Shown piece by piece: positions 18,157 through 27,780 of a stretch of DNA of 64,000 nt. Within the stretch, counting starts at the first letter, position 1. Each line of letters opens with the position of its first letter. A program made the translations under genes and the position numbers. Source of the DNA: Minisyncoccia bacterium (lineage in GTDB: Bacteria; Patescibacteriota; Minisyncoccia; Phycocordibacterales; UBA2100); assembly GCA_049297775.1 (NCBI GenBank), contig JBAQUX010000023.1:18-64017 (forward strand), written 5' to 3'. The notes beneath the pieces are model-generated. The model saw nothing but the letters and a program-made list of their open reading frames with translations. It ran no database searches and had not been told where the DNA came from.

Positions 18157-18852
18157 ATGCGTGAATATAAACCAAGTATCCTCCGAGCAGAACGGACTCG
18201 TAATTCACTCCCAGAAACATCTGTGCCGTTATATCAATTCAACGGCGATGAACCTATCGATTTTAAAGACGTGCCCGGACTTGCGGCGAAGGCCCGCGAA
18301 TATATGCGCCTGCGCTCAATAATCAGCAAGGATAGAGCAAAACATTATCGTAGTAAAACAAAAACGTCTGTGGAAGCACAGCGCCTTTCTGAACTCGACA
18401 GAGAGTTAACAAGGTATTTTTCTCGACGTGCACAACTTCGTCATAAAAGTATTCTCTCAGCTTCAATACGCCGAGAAAACGGTATTGATAGTGGGGGTGA
18501 CGTACGCGTACTCTCCTACGGTCACCCCGACTCATGGCTGGCACAGCACTGGGTATGCAAATATTCTCACAAAAGAAATATCACTGGTCCTGAAGTTGAA
18601 TACTTGCAGAAAAAATATGCAGTGCTCAGATTACTCATGAAGGAGCATATCCCCGAAGCGGTAGTTATCTGGGGTGAATATCGTGGAGGTACATTTAATA
18701 AGGATGACCCTTTTAAGCCTCTCCCACTTCAGCGTCGCGCCATTACGTTGCAACGACGAATTCATGGGAAAACAATGAAGGATATGACGCCAGACGAGCG
18801 GAGACGACCTGAGGTACGTGATGCTCTGAAAAAAGCGCTGCAGTATACATAG
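18157..18852 (+). CDS. Hypothetical protein
   Basis: 231 aa, basic, no recognised motif. Good coding periodicity and RBS-compatible context. Confidence 0.4.
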   Translation: MREYKPSILRAERTRNSLPETSVPLYQFNGDEPIDFKDVPGLAAKAREYMRLRSIISKDRAKHYRSKTKTSVEAQRLSELDRELTRYFSRRAQLRHKSILSASIRRENGIDSGGDVRVLSYGHPDSWLAQHWVCKYSHKRNITGPEVEYLQKKYAVLRLLMKEHIPEAVVIWGEYRGGTFNKDDPFKPLPLQRRAITLQRRIHGKTMKDMTPDERRRPEVRDALKKALQYT

Positions 18853-18866
18853 ACGCCGCAAGTACG

Positions 18867-19103
18867 TTGGACAAAGTTGCACTCTTGCGGGATAAAATGC
18901 CAGGGACATTAAAGCTCGGCCTAGATATAGGACTTTCATCAGACTCTCAAGATGCTATAAAAAATGCAAACCTAAACGAGCTTACCTCGCCAAACCTTAT
19001 GTATGACGATAAAACTCAAACGATTTATTTTATTGACCTTGGAGAAGGGTTCTGGGATACAGGCATGGAAGCGATATACACAGAACTGCAGCGCACGCAC
19101 TAA
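18867..19103 (+). CDS. Small hypothetical protein
   Basis: 78 aa ORF 14 nt after the previous gene, probably co-transcribed. 4-nt convergent overlap with the purA-like stop. Confidence 0.3.
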   Translation: MDKVALLRDKMPGTLKLGLDIGLSSDSQDAIKNANLNELTSPNLMYDDKTQTIYFIDLGEGFWDTGMEAIYTELQRTH

Positions 19104-20104
19104 ATCGCGTCTTTCTTGTGTGAGAAGAAGATATTTTTTGACTTTACTCCCAAGGAGACAAACTTTGTGCGCAAATATTTCTGCATTTCTTTTCCATTTT
19201 TAAATGTACGTATCTTTTTTCCTTCTCTAATTTTCCATGCTCCTACGGCGTCAAGCACATCTGTTTTATTGAGCACGAGATGTGTTACTCCATTCACCGC
19301 AATCGCAGTTTCTAACATATCGAGCGACAACCAATTGCATTGACGCGGCCGGCCTGTCGTAGCGCCAAATTCTTCTCCAGCCTCACGAATCTTCTTGAAA
19401 ATTTCCTCATTTGGTTCAAAGTCCTTATTTCCTACGTAAGTCTCGTATACCTTCACGACTCCCCATACATTTCGAAGCGACTGTGGTGCGATACCGTTTA
19501 GAAGTGCCCCTGCACTCGTACAATGACTTGAAGTAACGTACGGATAATCCCCCCAATCAATATCGAGTCCGAAACCTTGTGCACCCTCACCAAGAATCAC
19601 TGGGCTTTTTTTGCTTTTTTGAAACTCTGTGTGCAAATTTATAAGATATGGCGCAAGTGCAGGAACATCTTTGGCGCGCGTTCCGACGCGCGCATACTTG
19701 TCTCGGTATGTAGGGCCGATACCACGCTTTGTGGTTCCGATTTTTTTATCGCCACCGTCCTCATCTTTATGCTTTTGCATCACCACATGAGAGTTGTCTG
19801 CAACAAATACAAGGCCTTTCGTTTTGATGCCACCAGCATGGAGCATAGCGAGCTCCTCTTTGAGACCTTCTGGGTCAACGACGCACCCCGATCCAATAAT
19901 CGACTTGATACCAAAAAATACACCCACTGGAATTTGATGCGTAACGAACTTTACCCCCTTATGGTATATGGTATGCCCCGCATTGCTACCACCGTTGTAA
20001 CGGAGCACATGGGTATACTTTTTGTCCTTGCATAAAAAATGGGCTACCTTGCCCTTGCCCGAATCTCCGAACTGTAAATCAACAATGACATCAAGTGTAA
20101 CCAT
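19100..20104 (-). CDS. purA: Adenylosuccinate synthetase, short (archaeal-type, ~334 aa) form
   Basis: P-loop QFGDSGKGKV (GDEGKGK), NGGSNAGHTI (QGGNNAGHT), IGTTKRGIGPTY (GTTKKGIGP), C-terminal GATTGRPRQCNWLSLD (TGRKRRCGWLD). Confidence 0.8.
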   Translation of the reverse strand: MVTLDVIVDLQFGDSGKGKVAHFLCKDKKYTHVLRYNGGSNAGHTIYHKGVKFVTHQIPVGVFFGIKSIIGSGCVVDPEGLKEELAMLHAGGIKTKGLVFVADNSHVVMQKHKDEDGGDKKIGTTKRGIGPTYRDKYARVGTRAKDVPALAPYLINLHTEFQKSKKSPVILGEGAQGFGLDIDWGDYPYVTSSHCTSAGALLNGIAPQSLRNVWGVVKVYETYVGNKDFEPNEEIFKKIREAGEEFGATTGRPRQCNWLSLDMLETAIAVNGVTHLVLNKTDVLDAVGAWKIREGKKIRTFKNGKEMQKYLRTKFVSLGVKSKNIFFSHKKDAI

Positions 20105-20388
20105 GCTTATTTCGTTACTTGTTAATAGCTAAGTATGACGTGAAAAAATGAATGTGCAATACCTTTCATTCATGAACACTGTGCACAGCACATATCCACA
20201 GGATAATGCTCATGTACGCACCAGTACGAGCACTTGCTGTTAAGCCATTTTCTATTGGACAATAAGAGACATGTTAATTATGTCCTTTATATAAGCCACG
20301 GAATTCGTGCCAGGTCTTGCATTTTAGATACATTTTTTGTAGGGTATTGACATACACTCACTTTAACAGTGTACCTATAACTACATAT

Positions 20389-21414
20389 ATGACATCATCT
20401 TTTGCATCGAGAGCGACAGTGGCAACACTCAGTGTTCTCGGTATGACACTCTTTGCATTGCTCAGCACTGCCCCATATGCTTTTGCTGAAGATGGTGGCG
20501 GGAGCACACTTGGAAACGGACCCATCGCAGGTACTGTTATATATATGCCAGAAAATATCTATACTGGTTCAGGACTTATTCCACTTGGAAACGGTGGCGC
20601 CGCAGGTACGAGCAGTGTTGGTTTGGGAGGTGCAGCATGCGCACCATATATTCAGTCCTTCAACTCTATTGGCGATCGCGGTGAATCAGTAATTGCACTT
20701 CAGAGATTTCTTAATCAATATGAAGGTGCAGGACTTCCTCTTACTGGATATTTTGGTACTCGTACTGAATCAGCAGTGAAACATTTCCAAGCACGCTATG
20801 ACATCAGACCTACTGGAAGACAGCTTATACTCACCACGACAAAGATAAATGAGCTCGTCTGCCAATTTGGAGGACATGGTGTCGGAAAACCACCAGTACA
20901 AAAAAGTACGGCACTCTGCCCTGCATACCTCGCCATGACTACGACACCGACAGTGCACAGTGCTGAAGTCGCGAAATTGCAGCTTTTCTTAAACGTATAC
21001 GTCAATGCGAAAATACCACTCACTGGATTTTACGGACCTCAAACTAAAGACGCAGTATTGTTCTTTGAGACCGGCCACAAACTTCCTTCCCCTGACGGAC
21101 GCATCGATGTAGATACAGTAAAAAAAATTAATGACCTGTACTGTGCATACGGTGGTAAAACAGTAACGGCAGTTCCTAAAATAGTTTCTGTTAAACAAGT
21201 AGTGATCACGCCTGTGTCTACAGCCGTACCTACTGTTTCAATAACTCAAAACACTGTAGCGTCTGACACATCGTCACAGACCGCAGGAGTAGTACTTGGT
21301 GATGCTGTAGAAAACACAGCACCGACACCTGCACCATTTAAGCGACCAGCCGTAATCGTTGGTATCCTCGCTGCACTACTTGCTGCTGGATTCGCCTTTC
21401 GTAAGACTGCATAG
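20389..21414 (+). CDS. Secreted/anchored protein with two PG_binding_1 domains and C-terminal hydrophobic anchor
   Basis: Signal peptide MTSSFASRATVATLSVLGMTLFALLSTAPYAFA. IALQRFLNQYEGAGLPLTGYFGTRTESAVKHFQ and VAKLQLFLNVYVNAKIPLTGFYGPQTKDAVLFFE motifs. C-terminal AVIVGILAALLAAGFAFRKTA hydrophobic anchor (sortase-like/TM). Confidence 0.65.
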   Translation: MTSSFASRATVATLSVLGMTLFALLSTAPYAFAEDGGGSTLGNGPIAGTVIYMPENIYTGSGLIPLGNGGAAGTSSVGLGGAACAPYIQSFNSIGDRGESVIALQRFLNQYEGAGLPLTGYFGTRTESAVKHFQARYDIRPTGRQLILTTTKINELVCQFGGHGVGKPPVQKSTALCPAYLAMTTTPTVHSAEVAKLQLFLNVYVNAKIPLTGFYGPQTKDAVLFFETGHKLPSPDGRIDVDTVKKINDLYCAYGGKTVTAVPKIVSVKQVVITPVSTAVPTVSITQNTVASDTSSQTAGVVLGDAVENTAPTPAPFKRPAVIVGILAALLAAGFAFRKTA

Positions 21415-21434
21415 CAGAAATAGATATACCCATG

Positions 21435-21479
21435 ACGGCTTAGGGTACTTATAAATAGTATATTCTAAGCCGTTTTTTT
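21435..21479 (+). terminator. Rho-independent terminator (ACGGCTTAG...CTAAGCCGT + T7)
   Basis: 9-bp stem with AT-rich 21-nt loop followed by TTTTTTT. Confidence 0.6.
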
Positions 21480-21585
21480 GGTATTGCTCTCAGAAATCTC
21501 TGGCGTATACTTGTGGCATCTTGTAGATGAGTGCGCAACTTCATCCCAAGAACGTAAGGTCGTACATAACATTCATTAATATTAC

Positions 21586-22230
21586 TTGATACATAACAAT
21601 ATATACATGCAATTATTATCACATCTCTCACAGAAGCAGTGGTCTCTACTCGGTATCCTCGGTCTTTGGCTCGTGTTCGGCTCATATTGGTACACCTGTA
21701 ACATTAAGTACCTCTGCAAAAATACACCCATCGCCCCTGTGGTATCAGTTAACACATCAGTACCTAACATGCCAGTTGTACTTGGTGATACTACTTCTAC
21801 AGAAGTTAGCGGAACACCAGCGGAAAGTTTAGTACGTCAAACGCCAGAAGCTACATGGAACGCATTGATTGCTAACCCAGTACTTGTGTACTTTGGTGTC
21901 AATAATGACAATGTTATTACTGAGAACGTAGATTCTGTCTTAAAGAATATTGTAAGCTATCTCTCTCAAAACGAGGGTCAACGTATCGTTGTGACAGGAC
22001 ACACAAATGCGCACCCAAATGACGCATACGCAGTTGCACTTGGTCTCGAACGCGCACATAAAGTAAAGGAGCTTCTTGTCTCCTACGGTGCCCCTGCTTC
22101 AGCAATTCTTGTCGCTTCACTTGGCGATACGCAACTCGCTGCGCCTGCAACAACACTGGCAAATCAAGCACTTAACCGACGTGCGGTTATTTCTGTTGCT
22201 CGTCCTGACGCATACGATATCAAATACTAA
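21586..22230 (+). CDS. Membrane-anchored protein with C-terminal OmpA-like peptidoglycan-binding domain; cassette copy 2, gene A
   Basis: N-terminal TM + SYWYTCNIKYLC motif, homologous to SYYWYACGIKNLC in the 8754 gene. C-terminal OmpA_C-like motif VVTGHTNAHPNDAYAVALGLERAHKVKELLVSYGAPASAILVASLGDT...NRRAVISV. Probable start MQLLSHL (21607). Confidence 0.7.
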   Translation: MIHNNIYMQLLSHLSQKQWSLLGILGLWLVFGSYWYTCNIKYLCKNTPIAPVVSVNTSVPNMPVVLGDTTSTEVSGTPAESLVRQTPEATWNALIANPVLVYFGVNNDNVITENVDSVLKNIVSYLSQNEGQRIVVTGHTNAHPNDAYAVALGLERAHKVKELLVSYGAPASAILVASLGDTQLAAPATTLANQALNRRAVISVARPDAYDIKY

Positions 22231-22253
22231 ATTATAGATTAAACACACCTACC

Positions 22254-22718
22254 ATGTTCCAAGTTCTAAACCCAATGACAAAAAGCACAGCAATTCTTGA
22301 AATACTCATACTTATGGGTATCTCAGCACTACTCGGATACCTCCTTGCACGAAGCTGTAAGGACAACTGTTGCTGTGGCACCTCATGTGACGCAACAGCA
22401 AAGGCGAAGCCTGCTACCCCATCAGTACCGAAGGCAGTGATGTCAGCTCCGGTAGTATCTGCTTCAGATGACTTAAAAAAGATTGAGGGCATCGGACCAG
22501 CGATTGAAAAACTTCTCAACGCAGAAGGTATAAAAACATTTGCACAGCTCGCAGATGCAAAAGTTGAAAAAATTAAAAATATACTTGACGCCGCAGGACC
22601 GCAATTCCAAATGCACGACGGAGAGACTTGGGCTGAACAAGCTCGCCTCGCACGCGACGGAAAGTGGGTTGAGTTTAAGGCTCTTACTGACAAACTCCAG
22701 AACGGCAAGCACGTCTAA
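22254..22718 (+). CDS. Membrane-anchored HhH (GIGPA) domain protein with Cys-rich juxtamembrane segment, ComEA-like candidate; cassette copy 2, gene B
   Basis: TM (AILEILILMGISALLGYLLA), CKDNCCCGTSCD cluster, then DDLKKIEGIGPAIEKLLNAEGIKTFAQLA...QFQMHDGETWAEQARLARDGKW. Same domain as 9271-9723. Confidence 0.65.
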   Translation: MFQVLNPMTKSTAILEILILMGISALLGYLLARSCKDNCCCGTSCDATAKAKPATPSVPKAVMSAPVVSASDDLKKIEGIGPAIEKLLNAEGIKTFAQLADAKVEKIKNILDAAGPQFQMHDGETWAEQARLARDGKWVEFKALTDKLQNGKHV

Positions 22719-22743
22719 CATACGCAACTTTTAGATTGCAAAC

Positions 22744-22786
22744 GTACTACACCCTCTACTCGCACACCGAGTAGAGGGTGTAGTAC
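22744..22786. repeat. Perfect 19-bp inverted repeat (GTACTACACCCTCTACTCG / CGAGTAGAGGGTGTAGTAC) with 5-nt loop
   Basis: Arms 22744-22762 and 22768-22786 are exact reverse complements. Lies between the 22254 gene stop and the ATG of the phosphoesterase gene (22796). No U-tract follows. Confidence 0.5.
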
Positions 22787-22795
22787 TATGTATAT

Positions 22796-23290
22796 ATGAA
22801 GTTACTGATACTTTCTGATGTGCATCGTGCCTGGGATAAACTCTCCCTTGCAATTCGTAGTGGAAATGCAGAGAATTGTGAGGTGCTTCTTTTCGCGGGC
22901 GATGCAGAGTCTCCAGATGTTTATAGAATACTTGAAGAGTTTAACGGTGAGATACACACCGTCTGGGGCAATAATGATATCCCACACTTTGAGTTTAATT
23001 TGTACCGCATGGTACACCCTCAGATTACTCACCATGGTCACGAAATGAATATGCTTTTCGATGGTGTGCGGATATTCATGCATCACTATCCAGAAAATGC
23101 AGAGGAAGCCGCACGTACAGGAAAATTTGATGTCTGCATCCACGGCCACACACACCGGACACGGAACGAGCTCTGTAAAGAAACTATCATACTTAATCCT
23201 GGTGAGATCTGCGGAACGAGATTTGGGACAGCCACGTATGTACTTTTTGACACAGAGACACGTACAGCAGCACTTAAAACGATTGGGTGA
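22796..23290 (+). CDS. Metallophosphoesterase (YfcE/MJ0936 family)
   Basis: MKLLILSDVHRAW, GDAES, GNND, HHYP, HGHTH metal-ligand motifs of the calcineurin-like phosphoesterase fold. Confidence 0.8.
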   Translation: MKLLILSDVHRAWDKLSLAIRSGNAENCEVLLFAGDAESPDVYRILEEFNGEIHTVWGNNDIPHFEFNLYRMVHPQITHHGHEMNMLFDGVRIFMHHYPENAEEAARTGKFDVCIHGHTHRTRNELCKETIILNPGEICGTRFGTATYVLFDTETRTAALKTIG

Positions 23291-23311
23291 TGTGTTTGAT
23301 ATACTAGTACC

Positions 23312-25483
23312 ATGAAAGAATCCGACCTTCTGACTCAGCACTTTCGCCTTACACCCATACAAAAAAGTGCACTTAAGCGATTAAGGATAATTACTATCCA
23401 CGATCTTTTGTATCACTTTCCTACACGGTATGAAGTTCCTGGAAAACGTACACTTGTTGAACAGGCTACTACAGGAACAGAAGTAACCCTATACGGGCAA
23501 TTCATAAAACTAGAAATAAAAAAATCTTGGAAGCGACGTATACCTATTTCTGAGGGACTTTTTGAAGATGGCACAGGGAGAATGAAGACGATGTGGTTTC
23601 ATCAACCATATATCGCAAAAATGGTTCCCCTAAACATGCCAGTAAAAATAAGTGGGAAAATTACTGGAAGCGACGCCAAGAGATACATCGCTAACCCGAG
23701 CGTCGAAAGACTGACTTCACTTCCGGAAAATTCAGAGACATTACTCAGCGAGGAACCAAGTGTTGACGACACATCACCTGACGTACCAGTGCTCATGCCC
23801 ATATATCCAGAAAGCAAAGGTATTACAAGTCTTTGGTTCTATCATGCATTGAAACGTATTTTCGACTCAGCATTGCACGAAGTAATTGTTGATCCACTAC
23901 CAATTACACTACGCGAAAAATATCACTTACCTTCCATTCATTCTGCACTTGTATTTATTCATACTCCACATAAGGAACGAGATGCCGAGGCTGCTCGAAA
24001 ACGCTTTGCATTTGAAGAGGTACTTTGTGTGCAGTTAATAGCCATGGGAAGAAGGTATGCTCGCGAGTCTTTGGGGGCGCTGCCTATTCCACTCTCGCCT
24101 AAGGATATACATACATTCACGAGCCGTTTTCCCTTCGCATTAACAAATGCGCAGAAAACTGCCATTAACACTATCGTACATGACATGGGAAGACCTCGCC
24201 CTATGTCACGCCTTCTTGAAGGCGATGTGGGCTCTGGGAAAACAGCAGTTGCTGCCACGGTCTGCTATGCAGCTATTAACGCACGTGACGCACATAATAC
24301 ACACTTGTTTACACAAGTTGCCTATATGGCACCAACAGAAATACTTGCTCGGCAACTCTATGCATCTTTCATACAATACTTTGAACATTTACCCATCAAG
24401 ATTGGTCTATTAACGTCAGGCTCCGTACAGCGCTTCCCTTCTAAATCAGACCCTACACAACCTACCGATATCTCAAAGGCACAACTCTTAAAATGGACCG
24501 AGGCCGGGGATGTGCAAATACTTATTGGCACACACGCCTTGATACAAAAGTCTGTTGCATTTAGAAACTTGGCACTCGTCATAATAGATGAGCAACATAG
24601 ATTTGGCACAAAACAACGGCTTGCGCTTACTAAAAAGCACACAGCCCCACACTTGCTTTCTATGACAGCGACACCGATACCACGCACCCTCGCGCTCACT
24701 GTCTACGGTGATTTGGACCTCACCTTACTTGATGCAATGCCACCGGGGAGAAAACCAGTGATTACTGAGGTACTTTCACCAGCAACGAGAAAAAATGCGT
24801 ACGACGCTATCGTTGCAGAATTAAAACGGGGACGCCAGGCCTATGTTATTTGTCCGCGCATTGATGCACCAGACCCAGACGAGATGTTTGCATTGAACGC
24901 AAAATCTGTAGTTGAAACAGTGAAAGAATTGCGAGCTGGCGTATTTAAAGACTTTTCTGTTGGTGCCGTGCACAGTAAGCTTTCTCAAGATATGAAAGAG
25001 ACAGTGATGGAAGAATTTGCAGACCATCGTATCGATGTACTTGTCGCGACATCAGTTGTTGAGGTTGGTGTGAATGTACCGAACGCTACGTGCATTGTGA
25101 TAGAGGGAGCAGAGCGATTTGGACTCGCGCAACTACATCAGTTACGAGGCCGTGTTATTCGCTCAACACATCAGGCGTATTGCTACTTAATTAATGAATC
25201 CAAAGGTACCACCAGCAAAGAACGATTAAAGGCCATCGCGACTGCAAAAAATGGATTTGAACTCGCGGAAAAAGATTTAGCACTTCGTGGGGCTGGAGAA
25301 TTGTATGGAGGAAAGCAGTGGGGTGTTTCTGATATAGGTATGGAGGCAATTAAGAATATAAAAATGGTTGAGGCAGCACGCATTGAAGCTCAAAAAATTG
25401 TCGAGACAGACCCAATGTTAAAACAGCATCCTAAACTCAAAACTCGCGCCGAAGCGCGAGAAGAGGTACTCCATTTTGAGTAA
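23312..25483 (+). CDS. recG: ATP-dependent DNA helicase RecG
   Basis: 723 aa. N-terminal wedge domain, helicase motif I GDVGSGKT, motif II DEQHRFG, TRG motif region, C-terminal helicase domain. Confidence 0.9.
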   Translation: MKESDLLTQHFRLTPIQKSALKRLRIITIHDLLYHFPTRYEVPGKRTLVEQATTGTEVTLYGQFIKLEIKKSWKRRIPISEGLFEDGTGRMKTMWFHQPYIAKMVPLNMPVKISGKITGSDAKRYIANPSVERLTSLPENSETLLSEEPSVDDTSPDVPVLMPIYPESKGITSLWFYHALKRIFDSALHEVIVDPLPITLREKYHLPSIHSALVFIHTPHKERDAEAARKRFAFEEVLCVQLIAMGRRYARESLGALPIPLSPKDIHTFTSRFPFALTNAQKTAINTIVHDMGRPRPMSRLLEGDVGSGKTAVAATVCYAAINARDAHNTHLFTQVAYMAPTEILARQLYASFIQYFEHLPIKIGLLTSGSVQRFPSKSDPTQPTDISKAQLLKWTEAGDVQILIGTHALIQKSVAFRNLALVIIDEQHRFGTKQRLALTKKHTAPHLLSMTATPIPRTLALTVYGDLDLTLLDAMPPGRKPVITEVLSPATRKNAYDAIVAELKRGRQAYVICPRIDAPDPDEMFALNAKSVVETVKELRAGVFKDFSVGAVHSKLSQDMKETVMEEFADHRIDVLVATSVVEVGVNVPNATCIVIEGAERFGLAQLHQLRGRVIRSTHQAYCYLINESKGTTSKERLKAIATAKNGFELAEKDLALRGAGELYGGKQWGVSDIGMEAIKNIKMVEAARIEAQKIVETDPMLKQHPKLKTRAEAREEVLHFE

Positions 25484-25485
25484 TA

Positions 25486-27687
25486 TTACTTACCGTTTAT
25501 CACTCGATAGAAACCATGTGCAGCTGATGCTGTCTGTTGCATGATGCTTTCAGTACCGGACAAGAGACCGACTACACGGTGCCAGAGGTATGCCGAGGTG
25601 TCCTCGTCAACAACAATATTCTTTGTAGTTGAAAGAGTCTGCGCAATATCACTTCTTCCAGAAGTAAGTTTGAGCGTGAAATTACCCACGGTTGTATATG
25701 AGTGTGAGAATGATTTCTCAACCAAGCTAGACGTGTGAGTGGTACCACACGCAGGAAGTGTCACACTGTGCGTAGTTGGCGCAGTACTGTCTCCCCAGTC
25801 AATGGTATAAGTTGCTGTAGCTGCAGCGGATGCAGAACATGATTGATCTGCCTTGAAGCTTGCTGTTGCTGTCATCGGCTTAAAACCAAATGTTGGGCTT
25901 ACCGTAAGTGTTGGCGCTCCAAGATTTACACCACTTGTTGCGTCATAACTATATGTACCATTACTTGCACGGTATTTTACGGTGCGTGAACCAGAGTCAG
26001 TATATACGTGTGTCAACACTTGCTGAGTAATTGTTTGTCCAAGTGGGATATCATTTACACAACGTGTCGGTGTAAATTCATATACAGATGTCTCTGACGC
26101 GTCGCCCCAATCAACGGTATAGCGTCGTGAGTTAGCATTACCAAGAGAACAGCTTGTATCCACATCAAATGTAGCTTTTGCAGTCGCAGGTGCATATGCG
26201 CCGTCGCGAGGAATGACTGCAAATTTTGGTGTATCTACAGTAATTTGAGCTGAGCCCACATTCTGAACTGCGCCTGATGGTCGCAATTCAACTGTGTAAT
26301 TCCCTGTTTTTGTATACGTATGAGGTATGTCGCGAACAGTTGAACGTGTTTCCCCGATAGGAATATGGATGGTGTATTTTTGTGAGTTATCTCCAAAATC
26401 TACTTCAAAGTTTGATGCTGTTGATGTTGGTGCGATTTCTGTGTGGATGTTAACGGCGAGTGGGGCGATACCACGAGTATTTGAGACAGTAATTGGTGTG
26501 CCACCTGATGTACCGAGCTGAGTCACCGCAAAATTACCTGACTCCGTTACCAATACAACACTTGCACGCTTGTCATCTGCTCCACAGAAGTCGATACAGC
26601 CGTCGGCTGGCGTGTACATTGCTGCACGAATTTTGTAACTTCCTGTAGGCATTTGTACTGAACAGGTGTTACCGTCACAGACACCATCACCTACTATCCA
26701 ATCAAACTCACTCGAACGCATACTTCGCTTCGCGAATGAGTATGTTTGTGTCGGACCAACAACATAAAACGCTATAGCTGAATCTGTTGGGTAGTTACCA
26801 GTAGTCCATTTAATTTTTGTTAAATCACCAAGGCGAACAGAGCTACCTGCGGATGGAGAATCCATACGAAGATACGGCTCACCTTTTGCAATTTGTATTG
26901 AGCGAGTCAACAACTTAGGTAAACCACTGCGAGGTCCCTTTCCTGCTTTAAGTGTTGCAATGTATGTTCCTGCACTTGTATATGTATGTTGGAGTGTTCT
27001 CTCTGAAATTCCTGAGCCACACACCGTTGATTGTGGAGCCTCGAAAACTGTTGGATCTGTTTTATCTCCCCAATCTACTTCATATGACACACATGCCGTA
27101 TCTAAGGTAGAAAGCTTTATACGCGCGTCATATGGTGCTGTACCAGATGATTGGTCAAAGGCAAAGTTAACTACTTGTGCAGCAGAAGTTCCTGTTCCCG
27201 TTCCCGTTCCCGTTCCCGTTCCTACAGTACTTGTACCAGTATCACCGCTACATGCAGAAGCAAGTACCAGTCGTGTACGTGTACCTACAAGTCCGTAACC
27301 TGTGGTGTCCGCAGTCCCCGCAACGGCAATACCGTGACGCTCCTGAAAACGTTGCACCGCGCGCTCTGTCGCAAAACCAAAAAATCCTGAAGCGGTTCCC
27401 TCTGGATAAATATTTGCATCTCGTGCCAAATACGATTGCAGTGCCAAAACATCTGAACCTTTTGATCCACGGCGAAGCATGCGAGTAATCTTTGGACAGC
27501 CACTGACTGATCCTGAACCAACATCTGTTGTGCCCAATTGCGCCTTAAGACTGTTAATTTGATTCAGGACACTTTTAAGCTGATTTTGTAAATCCGTCGC
27601 TGTATCTGCTGTAGCAAATGGAACAGTGCCGGTGAGGACAGTAACACACAATGTAAGCGCTATTAAAAAACGGGTACTACGGTTCAT
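25486..27687 (-). CDS. Large secreted protein: signal peptide, PG_binding_1 domain, (Gly-Thr)n linker and multiple PKD-like repeats
   Basis: Start at MNRSTRFLIALTLCVTVLTG (27687). VLALQSYLARDANIYPEGTASGFFGFATERAVQRFQ PG-binding motif, then GTGTGTGTGTGTGTS linker. Repeated xxDWGD...H.Y...G.YT blocks: YEVDWGDKTDP, FEVDFGDNSQ, YTVDWGDASE, YTIDWGDSTA. Confidence 0.7.
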   Translation of the reverse strand: MNRSTRFLIALTLCVTVLTGTVPFATADTATDLQNQLKSVLNQINSLKAQLGTTDVGSGSVSGCPKITRMLRRGSKGSDVLALQSYLARDANIYPEGTASGFFGFATERAVQRFQERHGIAVAGTADTTGYGLVGTRTRLVLASACSGDTGTSTVGTGTGTGTGTGTSAAQVVNFAFDQSSGTAPYDARIKLSTLDTACVSYEVDWGDKTDPTVFEAPQSTVCGSGISERTLQHTYTSAGTYIATLKAGKGPRSGLPKLLTRSIQIAKGEPYLRMDSPSAGSSVRLGDLTKIKWTTGNYPTDSAIAFYVVGPTQTYSFAKRSMRSSEFDWIVGDGVCDGNTCSVQMPTGSYKIRAAMYTPADGCIDFCGADDKRASVVLVTESGNFAVTQLGTSGGTPITVSNTRGIAPLAVNIHTEIAPTSTASNFEVDFGDNSQKYTIHIPIGETRSTVRDIPHTYTKTGNYTVELRPSGAVQNVGSAQITVDTPKFAVIPRDGAYAPATAKATFDVDTSCSLGNANSRRYTVDWGDASETSVYEFTPTRCVNDIPLGQTITQQVLTHVYTDSGSRTVKYRASNGTYSYDATSGVNLGAPTLTVSPTFGFKPMTATASFKADQSCSASAAATATYTIDWGDSTAPTTHSVTLPACGTTHTSSLVEKSFSHSYTTVGNFTLKLTSGRSDIAQTLSTTKNIVVDEDTSAYLWHRVVGLLSGTESIMQQTASAAHGFYRVINGK
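27191..27222. repeat. Hexanucleotide microsatellite (CCCGTT)x5 inside CDS, encoding (Gly-Thr)n on the minus strand
   Basis: cctgtt cccgtt cccgtt cccgtt cccgtt cc. The in-frame 6-nt unit corresponds to the GTGTGT linker of the 25486-27687 protein. Confidence 0.8.
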
Positions 27688-27780
27688 ATATATGTATTGT
27701 ATACCCTGCATAGAAAAAAGTGGAGTTTCGTGTGCACAGTAGTCCGTTTCTCTCGCAAGGCTCTCAAGCCTAAGCAAATA

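Noticed and set aside
19577-20035. 152-aa plus-strand ORF
   Set aside because: Antisense within the purA-like gene.
27191-27222. Short tandem repeat considered as a CRISPR-like array
   Set aside because: The units are 6 nt with no spacers and lie inside a CDS. No CRISPR repeats or cas genes are in the window.
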